64,000 nt of DNA from an uncultured Bacilli bacterium (GTDB taxonomy: Bacteria > Bacillota_I > Bacilli_A > RFN20 > CAG-449): contig CANQCZ010000001.1 of the NCBI GenBank assembly GCA_947591215.1, forward strand, positions 27,399 through 91,398, in the 5' to 3' direction. A program made the translations under genes and the position numbers. This document shows, in pieces, positions 47,423 through 57,407 of this stretch. Every line of letters begins with the position of its first letter. The first letter of the stretch is position 1. The notes beneath the pieces are model-generated. The model had not been told where the DNA came from. It saw only the letters and a list, made by a program, of their open reading frames with translations, and made no database searches.

Positions 47423-50400
47423 TTATATTCTTACAAAAGTGAAATTATTGACGATTAGTGCTTGAGAGACCTCTATTTTAAGATTGTGCTTGCCGTAAAA
47501 ATGCAAGGCGGCACCTTTGACATTGACATTATCGTCTTTAGGAATTTCTAGAATATCGATAAGAGATCCTTTATCATCAAATAGTTTAATATATAAATTT
47601 TCATCGGTAGGATTGATAACATTTAATGCTAAGTGATAAGTTGTATTTTCTTTAAAATACAAACAGAAAGAATATGATATCATTCCGTTATCATTTTGAA
47701 TTGTTTGGGCTTCAGTAAATGATATCGTGCTTTCAGCATCTAGTCTTTCATGAATTGTTCCCGATTTATAAGGATCGACACGACAAATGGTGTGAGGTGC
47801 GACACTGATAGTCGAAATTGCATTTCCATCCTTATAAAATGTCACATCTTTTATTGTAGATGATAAGTTGTTAATGATTGAAACAGTTTCACCATCTTTT
47901 GTATAAGTCGATGAGGGTAATCCGCTAGAATAGATTTCTTTAGATCTAGTGCCTAGGGATTTAAAAGCGTGAATCAAGTAATAGACATTGAATAATTCAG
48001 TGGAATTTTGAATCTCGTCTAATCTTGTTTGGAGCCGCTCTAAGGCGCTATCAGGATCAAAAAGGGCAAGAATTACCCAATAGATATGCTGATACCCATC
48101 TTCGGCTTGATGTCCGGTCCAATTTTCTTCTTCTTTGATGTAATCTTCATAAAGCGAAGCTAGTTTTTCTTTTTCAGTTTCTCCAAGAGCATAAGAACTT
48201 AAATATTCACCTCCGGGCAAAAGGTGAATTCCGTAAATGTAAGTAGGGTCACCATTGAAGAAGGTACCGTAGAAGTTACTTCCACCGTAAATTTGACCGA
48301 CGCCGTGATAAGGATAATCATCGCTGTAAGAGTCCTCATCATAGTTAAACCAGTATTGTTTAATGCTTGATAATTCTGTGACATAACAATATATCGCAGC
48401 ATCTTGCATTTCTTGATTGTCGGTCACTTGACTATAAAGATAAGCGGCTTGATATGAATTCAAAGCCTCGGAAGCCGATTCTTGATTGTTGCCACCATCT
48501 GAATCAGCATAACCTCCAGCCCAAGAATGACCGGCATAATAATCAAAGTTGCGGAAATCACAAAAAGTTGATGTATCATCGGTATAGTTGAGATAATCGA
48601 GAATTAAAAAATCCGCCATCGGTTGATAATCTTGCTTGAAGGTTTCATCAAAACTGAAGCATACCATCGTAGCAAAAGCAAAATACCCGTACGTGAAATG
48701 ATGATCGGCAATCGCAGTATTGGCGCCAAATTCACTGGCGCGATAATATAAAGTGCCCCATTCATTGTCGTAATAAAAATAATATCGATCATTTGGCCCA
48801 GAATAAGTGTACCAATCACTTAAAATGTTCTTGAGACGTTCTAAATATTGATTTCGTAAATCGATATAACCTAAATTATCGGCAATCAAAATACCATTAG
48901 CTAACGGATGTAAACTTTTACCTTGCCAATAGGCATCTTCTCCTAAAAGATTGTTTTGAGTATCACGTAAAAGCTTTTCAAGATATTGGCGCATAATGTC
49001 TTTTGAATATGTCGTATCGAAGGGTTCGTCGGGAATTGCCGCGATTCCGTAAAATTGATCGGTGGTCACAAATGAACTACCTTCAACCACATGAAGATCG
49101 CCACGGACCGATTTGTAAAAAACATCAGAGTACAAAGTGGTGGCTTTTTTTCTTTGATGCGGCAACATCACTACTTTTGATTCTTGATGTAAGTCGCTTT
49201 GAAAATAATCGTGATAATAATAAGTGGTAGTCACTTTAGAAGTGTCATCTACTTTGTAATTGACGGTGCTTCTTAAAATGGCATCCAATGAAGATCGATA
49301 ATAACTTTCAATATCACTGCCACTTTCTAATGGACATATCGACAAATAATTATTTTGAAGGTCAATTGAAAGTCCACCTTCCTCACGGGTAAAAGTAGCC
49401 ATTTTGGAAGTAGAAATCAAATATTGGCGATCTTCGTAAACTTCTTGTTGCAGTCCATTGTTATTTTTATAACCGGTAAGAGAAGAAAGGGAGATAACAG
49501 CGTATAAAGTTTCAACACTTTCGCCATTATTAAGGATTCTAGTTCCATCGCTCACGATAGCGTCATCTTTGAAAGTGATTTTCGCTTTTTTATCTGCGAA
49601 AAAGGAACTGATAAAAGGCGAACCTTGTGAAAAATAATTGACCATTTTATCAGCAGTGGTATCTGAAAAAGAAACTCCGAAAGTCATATCCGAATCATCA
49701 ATTAAAGCAGTGGAAGTTTCTTGAAGTTCGCAATTTGGAAATAGCGTCAAATCGATCGTATTTGTGACCGTTTGACTACGATTGTAAGTCGTCTCGAAAT
49801 AACCTTCGCCGGGATAAGAGATTCCTAATCCGTTTGAAGTATATTTTACTCTTAAAGGATATAAGTACATCGCATGACCGAAATTGTTGATTAACAATGA
49901 TTGATAAATTCCGTTTGACGGAACGGCTCCGTCTTTTTGACGATCGTCATAAGCGATGTAACGGGCGGTAGGAAAGTAAATGTCATCTTTGGCGTAACTG
50001 CCTTTCCCTAAAGTCGTAGTCGAGATTGTTGGAAGATCTTTGATATTAAAAGAATATGGTTTTGTCAAAGGATTGATTGAATGAACGACGATACTTTCTA
50101 AGCGATGGCGATACATGGAATTTTTTGAATACTCTGTAATTTTAATAAAACGGGTATTGCAAGAAAGACTGACATTTTGTAAAGCCGTGGCTCCATGCAG
50201 TTCTCGATAACGCAAAGTATATTTGATACCATCTTCCGATACTTCGATATCGTAAATTTTTCCGTAGTTGGTTTCAAACAAAAGGTCGATTTCACCGACG
50301 TCTTTAACGCTTCCAAGATCGATAATTAAACTATCTTGTTGTTCGTCTCGATAATCGCTAGCCCAAAAATTCCCGTAGTTGTTTTTGGCAAGTTCCGGAC

Positions 50401-51631
50401 GATGTTCTTCTTTAAACGATGAAGCGGAAAAAACACATCCGTCAAGAGACACTTCTTCATCATTGTTATAAATTTTTATTTCTGATACTCGGTAACAATA
50501 AGATTTTAAAGGTCGAGATATGAATTCATAACGTACCTTAGTGAAACTTGAAAGAGCAAAATTGACATTGCTTCCGTTACCGAGATAAACTTCGTGATAA
50601 GCATTGTTTGAAAAAAGTGAAATGCGGTAGCTAGAAGGACCAAGATCATAGAAAGAAGTGTTGATTCTTGTAGCGGACACGGAAGTATTAAAATCTAATT
50701 CTAAGTACTGCTCATCAGCGATCACTTTTTCATCGAATAAATCAGGGTACATGTTTTTGGGAATCGCTAAACCGCGTTTCCCATATATTTCAATTTCATA
50801 GATTGAAAAACCATAGGCGCTATACGATTTGTCCATCAGACAAAATCGAACATAACGACCTTTTCCGTTGATGGTTTGATCATCGATTCTTGCCCCGTAA
50901 CTTCCTTCAAAAGAAGCTAAATCCGTAAACGATCGATTATCTTCAGACACAGCAATCGTGTAGTGTTTACTAGAAGCATTTTCCCAGTTGATTACGATTC
51001 TTTCAAATGAAAGAGAGGCGCCTAAGTCGATTGTGACATAGGATATATCTTCTTCCCATGGACTTTCATAACGCGTGGCGCTATCACCGTCAACTAAAAA
51101 ACTTGGAGAATTATTATCACGATAAGTTCCGTATGCTTTAGCACCGGTTGAAATTACATAAGCCGTGTCGGATTCATAAATATACGGCTCTTCTTTTTTA
51201 CCATATTGATCATCTTTTATTACTGTAACTTTTCGAGTTTTACTAGTAACTTTTCCTTCGTCTTCTAAAGTATATTTAATTTCATAGATACCGGGAGTAC
51301 CATAATCGATATTGCCGCTTACCTTGATTTTAGGCGTGATATCTTCACCTTGAACACTAAAACCTTTTATATCTTTTAACGGCGAGAAAAAAACGCCTTG
51401 CATGATCGAGATATCATCAATATTGGTGATTATCGGTTTTTCTTCCAGTGTAGGTGAACTAGTACTAGAAGTACTAGAGGAGGCATTATCACTTGAAGCT
51501 TCACTACCTGTAGAAGATGACACGTCATTGTTTGATGAGTGATTGAAGAAGGAGAAACAAATTCCTACAGATAGAGCGATAATCACTGCTAAAGAAGAGA
51601 AAATTATCGATTTTCGCAAGGTGTTTTTCAT
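47423..51631 (-). CDS. Secreted GH81-family endo-beta-1,3-glucanase with N-terminal F5/8 type C (discoidin/CBM32-like) modules, 1402 aa
   Basis: Signal/anchor MKNTLRKSIIFSSLAVIIALSVG. F5/8 type C pattern (…DGDSATRYESPWEEDISYVTIDLG…YEIEIYG). GH81 signatures IADHHFTYGYF (DHHFHYGY box), RNFDYYAGHSWAGG and QESASEAL (ESxSEA catalytic Glu pair). Confidence 0.8.
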   Translation of the reverse strand: MKNTLRKSIIFSSLAVIIALSVGICFSFFNHSSNNDVSSSTGSEASSDNASSSTSSTSSPTLEEKPIITNIDDISIMQGVFFSPLKDIKGFSVQGEDITPKIKVSGNIDYGTPGIYEIKYTLEDEGKVTSKTRKVTVIKDDQYGKKEEPYIYESDTAYVISTGAKAYGTYRDNNSPSFLVDGDSATRYESPWEEDISYVTIDLGASLSFERIVINWENASSKHYTIAVSEDNRSFTDLASFEGSYGARIDDQTINGKGRYVRFCLMDKSYSAYGFSIYEIEIYGKRGLAIPKNMYPDLFDEKVIADEQYLELDFNTSVSATRINTSFYDLGPSSYRISLFSNNAYHEVYLGNGSNVNFALSSFTKVRYEFISRPLKSYCYRVSEIKIYNNDEEVSLDGCVFSASSFKEEHRPELAKNNYGNFWASDYRDEQQDSLIIDLGSVKDVGEIDLLFETNYGKIYDIEVSEDGIKYTLRYRELHGATALQNVSLSCNTRFIKITEYSKNSMYRHRLESIVVHSINPLTKPYSFNIKDLPTISTTTLGKGSYAKDDIYFPTARYIAYDDRQKDGAVPSNGIYQSLLINNFGHAMYLYPLRVKYTSNGLGISYPGEGYFETTYNRSQTVTNTIDLTLFPNCELQETSTALIDDSDMTFGVSFSDTTADKMVNYFSQGSPFISSFFADKKAKITFKDDAIVSDGTRILNNGESVETLYAVISLSSLTGYKNNNGLQQEVYEDRQYLISTSKMATFTREEGGLSIDLQNNYLSICPLESGSDIESYYRSSLDAILRSTVNYKVDDTSKVTTTYYYHDYFQSDLHQESKVVMLPHQRKKATTLYSDVFYKSVRGDLHVVEGSSFVTTDQFYGIAAIPDEPFDTTYSKDIMRQYLEKLLRDTQNNLLGEDAYWQGKSLHPLANGILIADNLGYIDLRNQYLERLKNILSDWYTYSGPNDRYYFYYDNEWGTLYYRASEFGANTAIADHHFTYGYFAFATMVCFSFDETFKQDYQPMADFLILDYLNYTDDTSTFCDFRNFDYYAGHSWAGGYADSDGGNNQESASEALNSYQAAYLYSQVTDNQEMQDAAIYCYVTELSSIKQYWFNYDEDSYSDDYPYHGVGQIYGGSNFYGTFFNGDPTYIYGIHLLPGGEYLSSYALGETEKEKLASLYEDYIKEEENWTGHQAEDGYQHIYWVILALFDPDSALERLQTRLDEIQNSTELFNVYYLIHAFKSLGTRSKEIYSSGLPSSTYTKDGETVSIINNLSSTIKDVTFYKDGNAISTISVAPHTICRVDPYKSGTIHERLDAESTISFTEAQTIQNDNGMISYSFCLYFKENTTYHLALNVINPTDENLYIKLFDDKGSLIDILEIPKDDNVNVKGAALHFYGKHNLKIEVSQALIVNNFTFVRI

Positions 51632-51640
51632 AAAACCAAA

Positions 51641-53779
51641 TTATTCTTCAGCGACAGTATAAGCAAAACTATCGGTCAATGGATAAAAATAAGAATCTTC
51701 ACGATCGCTATTTTCAACGGCAATCAATTTGACGCTAAAGCGATATGAACCACTTGAAAGACCTAAATCTTTTAAAGCTTTTTCAATATCTTTTTTATAG
51801 GTAAATTGAGTTCCGTTACGATAATCAACGATAAAGGATCCTAAAGCTTTTTCTTCTGTGGCTTCGGTTTCATCATCGTTAAAAATATAAACTTCCATAT
51901 GATCTACAAAAGCAGCTTCAGGGTTAACACCATCCTTAAATATTTCCCATGGCCATATTAATCGACCGGTTTCACTATCAATTGAAATCTCGCCATAATT
52001 ATTTAAATGATAATCGACTTCATAAGTATAACTGCCATCGAGAATCACAAAGTCGCTTGAAGCATATAAACTATCTTCGCTTGCCACAAAACGCATTGCC
52101 ATTTTGATTTCGTGGGCTCCTTTAACATTATGGTCTTTTAATACTGTGAGGATATCGTCTTTGTCAATAAACCCGCTTTCAACAACCTCCATGATGGCTA
52201 TGGTTTCGGTTTCTTCACCGACAAATTCCAATTCGGCATCGTAAAGTCTGATTTCCAAATAAGCGACATCGCCGTTTTTCCATTCTTGATTTGCGGTAAT
52301 TAATTCCCAGCGGTAATCCAAATCACCATTATCCATAATGTTTGGTTGTGTACTATCGATTTCTAGCGGTGAAGAAAGTTTTAATTCTTCAATTGTAATC
52401 GACTTAGTTCCCGAGAAGGCTTCGTTAGTAACTTTACTGGTTCTTCCATCAGCGGTAACAAGTTCAATCATCAAGCGATATTCGATGGTTTGATTGGTGT
52501 AACCGGCTTCGCCTAATGCGCGATATAAAGCCTTTTGATCGATCGGTTGTCCGGTTTCAAAACTGGCAAGCGGCATTCCATAAAGCATGACTTGTCCGTT
52601 TTCAAAAGCGACATCATCATTACGATAAATCGTGGCTCTCCAATGATCGCGAAGGGCGAGAGCATCATTGCCGATAAAGCCGAAATTATCGTCTACTCCG
52701 ACAGCGCGACCATCGACCGGTTCAAGATATAAAGCGTCGGTTACTTTTTCATTACCATAGAAAATTTCAACGTCTTGTTGAATATTGGTGTAATAAAAAC
52801 CGTCTTCTCCGTTTAACGGAACTGATACATTGTTGAGTTTGACTTCAGGAGCTGCCTCAGACAATTTATCGCCTAAAATGTTTTCGCCATAAGCGTAAAT
52901 AAATAGGTGACCGACAGCATCTTGATCGTAAATTATTTGATGTTCAACACTTGAATTGATCACGATTTTTAACGCGTTGACTACTTCATCGACAGTGTTG
53001 TCTAATAATGATTCATAGTAATCTTTAGCATCGTTAATCAAAGTTTCGCGTTCCCCATCGGCCGCTTTAGTAACGTTAGAGACTAAAAGGGCAAAATATT
53101 CGCCGTCTTTTTTGCAAAGCAGATCGTAAGAATCTTTGACTTCTTCTAAAAGTTTATCGATATCTGAAAGAAGTTCATAGGCGCTTTTGGCTTCGTTAAT
53201 GAGAGTGAGCGAATCTTCTGAAACATTGCCGATTGATGCGACTTTTTCAACAAAAGCAGCGGCATTTTGCTTGTTTGCACCATGAATGTAAGTAACAGCT
53301 TGACTATAGGAAGATATTAAATGCTCTTCCGTTTCGTTAACACGAACTTCGAAAGTATTTTCGCCGTTTGTCAATAGGGAAGTGTCACTTAATATTTCAT
53401 AGTTATTCGATGTAACATCTTTCGTTTGTTCGCTATTGATGCGAATGCGATATCCATTTGTCGCACCGGTAACGGCATCCCATGTAAGCACATCGTCTTC
53501 GATTTTTACATTAGTCGGAATGTCAAAAGCAACACGAGTCGAACTACTGTGACTTTCAGAATCAGTACTGCTGGTTTGTTCGTTGCCGACGCTAGAAGTA
53601 GAAGCATCGATACTGGACTCTGAAGAGGTAATTTCAGGTTGTTCAGAAGTTTCATTGCTTGAAACCTGACTTGAAGGTTCTTCTTGAGATCCGCTAGAAG
53701 AAGGTTGCGGTTCGTTATTGGCACATCCGGCAATAGCTAAAAGGCCAATAAGCAATAAGGATAATTGACTTTTCTTCAT
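51641..53779 (-). CDS. Surface lipoprotein with a Ser/Thr-rich linker, unknown function (same operon as GH81)
   Basis: RBS AAAGGAG. Lipobox LLAIAGC after MKKSQLSLLLIG. Long S/T/E-rich low-complexity linker, then about 600 aa of globular sequence. Confidence 0.65.
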   Translation of the reverse strand: MKKSQLSLLLIGLLAIAGCANNEPQPSSSGSQEEPSSQVSSNETSEQPEITSSESSIDASTSSVGNEQTSSTDSESHSSSTRVAFDIPTNVKIEDDVLTWDAVTGATNGYRIRINSEQTKDVTSNNYEILSDTSLLTNGENTFEVRVNETEEHLISSYSQAVTYIHGANKQNAAAFVEKVASIGNVSEDSLTLINEAKSAYELLSDIDKLLEEVKDSYDLLCKKDGEYFALLVSNVTKAADGERETLINDAKDYYESLLDNTVDEVVNALKIVINSSVEHQIIYDQDAVGHLFIYAYGENILGDKLSEAAPEVKLNNVSVPLNGEDGFYYTNIQQDVEIFYGNEKVTDALYLEPVDGRAVGVDDNFGFIGNDALALRDHWRATIYRNDDVAFENGQVMLYGMPLASFETGQPIDQKALYRALGEAGYTNQTIEYRLMIELVTADGRTSKVTNEAFSGTKSITIEELKLSSPLEIDSTQPNIMDNGDLDYRWELITANQEWKNGDVAYLEIRLYDAELEFVGEETETIAIMEVVESGFIDKDDILTVLKDHNVKGAHEIKMAMRFVASEDSLYASSDFVILDGSYTYEVDYHLNNYGEISIDSETGRLIWPWEIFKDGVNPEAAFVDHMEVYIFNDDETEATEEKALGSFIVDYRNGTQFTYKKDIEKALKDLGLSSGSYRFSVKLIAVENSDREDSYFYPLTDSFAYTVAEE

Positions 53780-53795
53780 ATTAACTCCTTTTTTG

Positions 53796-53811
53796 TGGAA
53801 ATCGATTTCCA
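53796..53811. promoter_or_regulatory. LacI-type operator, perfect 16-bp palindrome TGGAAATCGATTTCCA, abutting the RBS of the lipoprotein/GH81 operon
   Basis: Self-complementary with a central CG. Two near-identical copies occur at 57201-57216 and 57368-57383, each directly 5' of an RBS. Confidence 0.6.
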
Positions 53812-53903
53812 TACACATTTATATTAACATAAAGCGCTTACAATGTCAAAAATAAAAAAAGGCAAATGCAGGCTTTTTAAATCGAAGTTAAGTGATAAGA
53901 AAA

Positions 53904-54923
53904 TCAATGACTTGGTTTATCGATCGAAGGGGTAAAAATCAACTCGGATTGAATGACCTTAATGCTTTTGGTTTTGTCATGACCTTTATTGTCAATTTGA
54001 TCGATCAATTCTTGCGCCAGTTGTTTGCCTAATAAATCGGTGTTTTGTTTAACCGTGGTAATCGAAGGGTGAATCGATCTTCCGATATCGGTGCCATCAA
54101 AACCGACGACGGAAATATCGTTTGGAACATTTAAACCCATTTCATCTATCGCGGCTAATCCGCCTAAAGAAGAATAATCGTCGGGATATAGGATCGCGGT
54201 TGGAGGATTGCTTTGTTTTAAAATTTTTAAAGTGGCCTCGTGATTGGCATTGACGTTATAATAACCGGTTTCAACAATCATATTGTCATTAAAAGGAATC
54301 GAGTTTTTACTTAAAGCATCTTTAAAACCTCTGATTCTTTCATCGGTGACAATATTTTTTTCGCCGTGTAAAAACACGATATTTTGATGTCCGAGTTCGA
54401 TTAATTTTTTGGTTAATTCAAAGTATTTTTCATAAGAATCGCTAGTTACACCGCATATTTTAGTTCCGATATAGTCAAATCCGACTTTTGGAATTGAAGA
54501 AAGCATCAGCAATTCTTTTACTTCTTCTTTATAATAATTTCCAAAAATCAAAATACCGTCAACTCTTCTTTTTTCGATGTGGCTTAAATAAGAATAAGTT
54601 CCATCTTTGGATTTTGTCTTAGTGAGCAATATTAAATCATAGCCTTCTTTTTGAATTACTTCTTGAAAAGAATTCAATATGTTCATTAAAAGCAATTGAT
54701 TAGTGCCAACGCGGCCGTCTAAAGCGAAGATCACACCGATTGAGTATGATTTTGAAGTACGCAAAGAGCGCGCTGCAGTATTGGGATGGTAACCCATCTC
54801 TTTGGCAACAGCGATAATTTTTTTCTTAGATGCTTCATTGACTCCGTTGTAATTATTTAATGCTTTGCTTACAGTAGCCGGAGCGAAGCCGCTTTTTTTT
54901 GCAATGTCATAAATTGTAGCCAT
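53904..54923 (-). CDS. LacI-family transcriptional regulator
   Basis: N-terminal HTH MATIYDIAKKSGFAPATVSKALNNYNGV…TAARSLRT plus a periplasmic-binding-protein-type sugar-binding domain. Confidence 0.85.
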   Translation of the reverse strand: MATIYDIAKKSGFAPATVSKALNNYNGVNEASKKKIIAVAKEMGYHPNTAARSLRTSKSYSIGVIFALDGRVGTNQLLLMNILNSFQEVIQKEGYDLILLTKTKSKDGTYSYLSHIEKRRVDGILIFGNYYKEEVKELLMLSSIPKVGFDYIGTKICGVTSDSYEKYFELTKKLIELGHQNIVFLHGEKNIVTDERIRGFKDALSKNSIPFNDNMIVETGYYNVNANHEATLKILKQSNPPTAILYPDDYSSLGGLAAIDEMGLNVPNDISVVGFDGTDIGRSIHPSITTVKQNTDLLGKQLAQELIDQIDNKGHDKTKSIKVIQSELIFTPSIDKPSH

Positions 54924-55039
54924 GTAAACTTAACTCCCAAGCATAATTGCTTAATTCATCGCTAATTTAGAATGTTATCATAATCAGTTAATGTTTTTCA
55001 ATAACTCTGTATTGTAAAAAGTTGAACATAGGAACAAAA

Positions 55040-55067
55040 ATCCTTTTAAGGAGAGCCTTAAAAGGAT
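55040..55067. terminator. Bidirectional rho-independent terminator
   Basis: ATCCTTTTAAGG-AGAG-CCTTAAAAGGAT 12-bp stem with T-runs on both sides. Ends the minus-strand operon upstream of lacI. Confidence 0.8.
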
Positions 55068-55075
55068 TAGTATTT

Positions 55076-55303
55076 TTAAACTATTTCTCCCCAATCAAAT
55101 GAGTCATCTTCATTATTTTGTTTGCTTTCAAAAGTATTTTTATTACTTGAAGAAGATTCTTCTTCACTTTGAAGAGAACTAAAATGTTCATTGGAAGTAA
55201 CGTTAGATTCTAAGCTAGTCGTTTGATTAGGTTTTGAATCGTTATTGGTACAACCAAACAATAAAACTGCTGTTAATATCGAAAAAATAACTAGTTTTTT
55301 CAT
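55076..55303 (-). CDS. Small lipoprotein (75 aa)
   Basis: MKKLVIFSILTAVLLFGC lipobox. Ser/Asn-rich. Overlaps the upstream gene stop (ATGA). Confidence 0.5.
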   Translation of the reverse strand: MKKLVIFSILTAVLLFGCTNNDSKPNQTTSLESNVTSNEHFSSLQSEEESSSSNKNTFESKQNNEDDSFDWGEIV

Positions 55304-57030
55304 TCTGCTCTAGATAAAGCTCCATTTTCATAATTATAAGTTATCGTTTGATATTGAAGATCATTGACTTTTAAAGTAATTTCATAAGTTCCGTCTAAAA
55401 TACCAATTAAAGTGAAAGAGAAGAAGTAATAATTACCTTCAGTATCTTCAGCCATAATATCATCGGCATTTAATGTAACGTCTAATACTCCATTTAAACT
55501 TGTTGTAAGAGTTTTATAGTAATTATTGATTGAAACTTTCCGTGGACCAAATGTTTTATCACCTTTATAAGTTAACTCTAATACTACATCATCAGAATAA
55601 GTGTTTACATCTTCGATTCTAGCAAGACCAATAAAACGAATGGCTTTAGCATTATCACTTTTGCCTACTTGAGCACCATATAATAAATGATCTGAAGGTG
55701 TAAATGCTTCAATTTCGTATAAGTTATAACCCCAATCGCCGTAAACTTCTTCCCTAGCTTCGACGGTTTGTAACAATACATATCTTGCTAAAATAGGTTG
55801 ATCTAAACTTATGTTATCGGTATGAATTGCTTCTTCACATTTTACATTTTGAAATAAAGTCCAATCACTCCAAGTTTCACTCGAATCAGTAATATATTCA
55901 AAAGATTCAAGATCATCTATTTGGTTTGTAGAGACAAAAATATTATATTCAGTTGGACAAGCTCTTTCCCAATAAATATTCATTTTATCTAAAGCATATA
56001 TCTGATCAAGATCCCAAATATAATAAGTGTCTTTTTGTTGATTTTCTTTTATTTGAAATCCATCAGTAGTTGTACCATTAGTATAAACTTTTGGATCAGT
56101 AGGATTTGTCGTAGAATAAACCTCTTTATTAAAAAGTACATTGTTACCACTTGTTGAATTTTTATCGATACTTGAAAGATATTCAAGACGATAATATCCA
56201 TTGTATTCAGAACTCTTATCATTAGTTAAAGGAATAAAATTTTCATGATTTCTAAAAGAGAATTGCAATTTGTAAGTACCACTTGTTTCAATGTTTATTA
56301 TAGCAAATTCTCTTCTTTTCTCAAAATCCTTTTCCTTATTGCCATCTTCTTGTGTACTTAATAAATATAATCTAAATTCACCTTTGGAGAACTTATATTC
56401 TATGGAGTAGATTTCATCATCTAACTTGAGCATTGTGTTTGCATCAAAGTCCCAATTTTTTTCTGTCGCTCCACCAAATATATAAACATTGTAATCTTTT
56501 GAATTAATATATTCTATATTATAAGTATAACTAATTTCTTCTCCTGCAAGATTAGTAACGATATAATAGTCACTATTTAAATAACCTTCTACTTTAGCAA
56601 GATATCGGATAGCGACTTTTACAGTACTGGATGAAGGATAATTTGCGGATTTTAAAGCCCCTATAATATCACCAGGAAGAACATTACCTTGATTTTCTCG
56701 AACTATTGTGGCATATGTACCATCTTCTGAAAAGGTTTCACTTGCAAGAAAAAATTTGATTTCTAACGAAGCAATATCTTTTACTAAAATTTCTGTATCA
56801 CCGTATTTTTTGTATACACTAGTTAAATATTCATAAGCAAGTTCTAGTTCACCATTTTCATGGAATCCTTGATTGGGTGATGGCGTAGCAACCACGTTTG
56901 GTGTTGATAATTTTTCTTTTTCTTCAGCGGCTTCCACAATAGGAATATTATCACCATTGTACTTTGAGTTGAGAGTCAACATTCCCATTGATGAAAAAGC
57001 AATAAGTAAAGTTACTAATAATCTTTTCAT
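55300..57030 (-). CDS. Secreted protein with a C-terminal F5/8 type C (discoidin) domain
   Basis: Signal peptide MKRLLVTLLIAFSSMGML. …WSDWTLFQ…ARYVLLQTVE…GYNLYEIEAF discoidin pattern. RBS AGGAGGA. Confidence 0.65.
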   Translation of the reverse strand: MKRLLVTLLIAFSSMGMLTLNSKYNGDNIPIVEAAEEKEKLSTPNVVATPSPNQGFHENGELELAYEYLTSVYKKYGDTEILVKDIASLEIKFFLASETFSEDGTYATIVRENQGNVLPGDIIGALKSANYPSSSTVKVAIRYLAKVEGYLNSDYYIVTNLAGEEISYTYNIEYINSKDYNVYIFGGATEKNWDFDANTMLKLDDEIYSIEYKFSKGEFRLYLLSTQEDGNKEKDFEKRREFAIINIETSGTYKLQFSFRNHENFIPLTNDKSSEYNGYYRLEYLSSIDKNSTSGNNVLFNKEVYSTTNPTDPKVYTNGTTTDGFQIKENQQKDTYYIWDLDQIYALDKMNIYWERACPTEYNIFVSTNQIDDLESFEYITDSSETWSDWTLFQNVKCEEAIHTDNISLDQPILARYVLLQTVEAREEVYGDWGYNLYEIEAFTPSDHLLYGAQVGKSDNAKAIRFIGLARIEDVNTYSDDVVLELTYKGDKTFGPRKVSINNYYKTLTTSLNGVLDVTLNADDIMAEDTEGNYYFFSFTLIGILDGTYEITLKVNDLQYQTITYNYENGALSRAE

Positions 57031-57042
57031 TTTCTTTTCCTC

Positions 57043-57186
57043 CTAGTTAGTTGATTCAAATACTTCGCCCCAGAAGTCATCCCAATTATAGATGTCTCCT
57101 TCACCTTTATCTAAAAGCGAGGCGAGAATAATATCGTTAATGCAGATATTATCGATTTTAAGAGTAGGTTTTTGATAAGTCTTCAT
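57043..57186 (-). CDS. Small ORF (47 aa) with a strong RBS, first gene of the minus-strand operon
   Basis: GGGAGGT is 6 nt before the ATG. MKTYQKPTLKIDNICINDIILASLLDKGEGDIYNWDDFWGEVFESTN. Its stop overlaps the RBS of the next gene. Too short for the ORF track. Confidence 0.4.
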   Translation of the reverse strand: MKTYQKPTLKIDNICINDIILASLLDKGEGDIYNWDDFWGEVFESTN

Positions 57187-57200
57187 CTAATTACCTCCCA

Positions 57201-57216
57201 TGGAAAACGATTTCCA
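57201..57216. promoter_or_regulatory. LacI-type operator copy 2, TGGAAAACGATTTCCA
   Basis: 15/16 match to the palindrome at 53796. Lies just 5' of the RBS of the 57186 operon (minus strand). Confidence 0.55.
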
Positions 57217-57367
57217 TATTTACCATAAGTATACTGACAAAGTTAATCGTATGTCAACAACAAGAAGAAATTATTTTTTACAAAGTAAGCGATTACAATG
57301 GCAATGAAACCGATTTCATTTTATTATTGACAATTTTTGTTCTTCATTATATGATTAACATAGATAA

Positions 57368-57383
57368 AGGAAATCGATTTCTA
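57368..57383. promoter_or_regulatory. LacI-type operator copy 3, AGGAAATCGATTTCTA
   Basis: 14/16 match. Lies 7 nt 5' of RBS AAAGGAG of the ABC substrate-binding protein gene. Confidence 0.5.
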
Positions 57384-57407
57384 TCAAACGAAAGGAGATA
57401 TCTTAAA

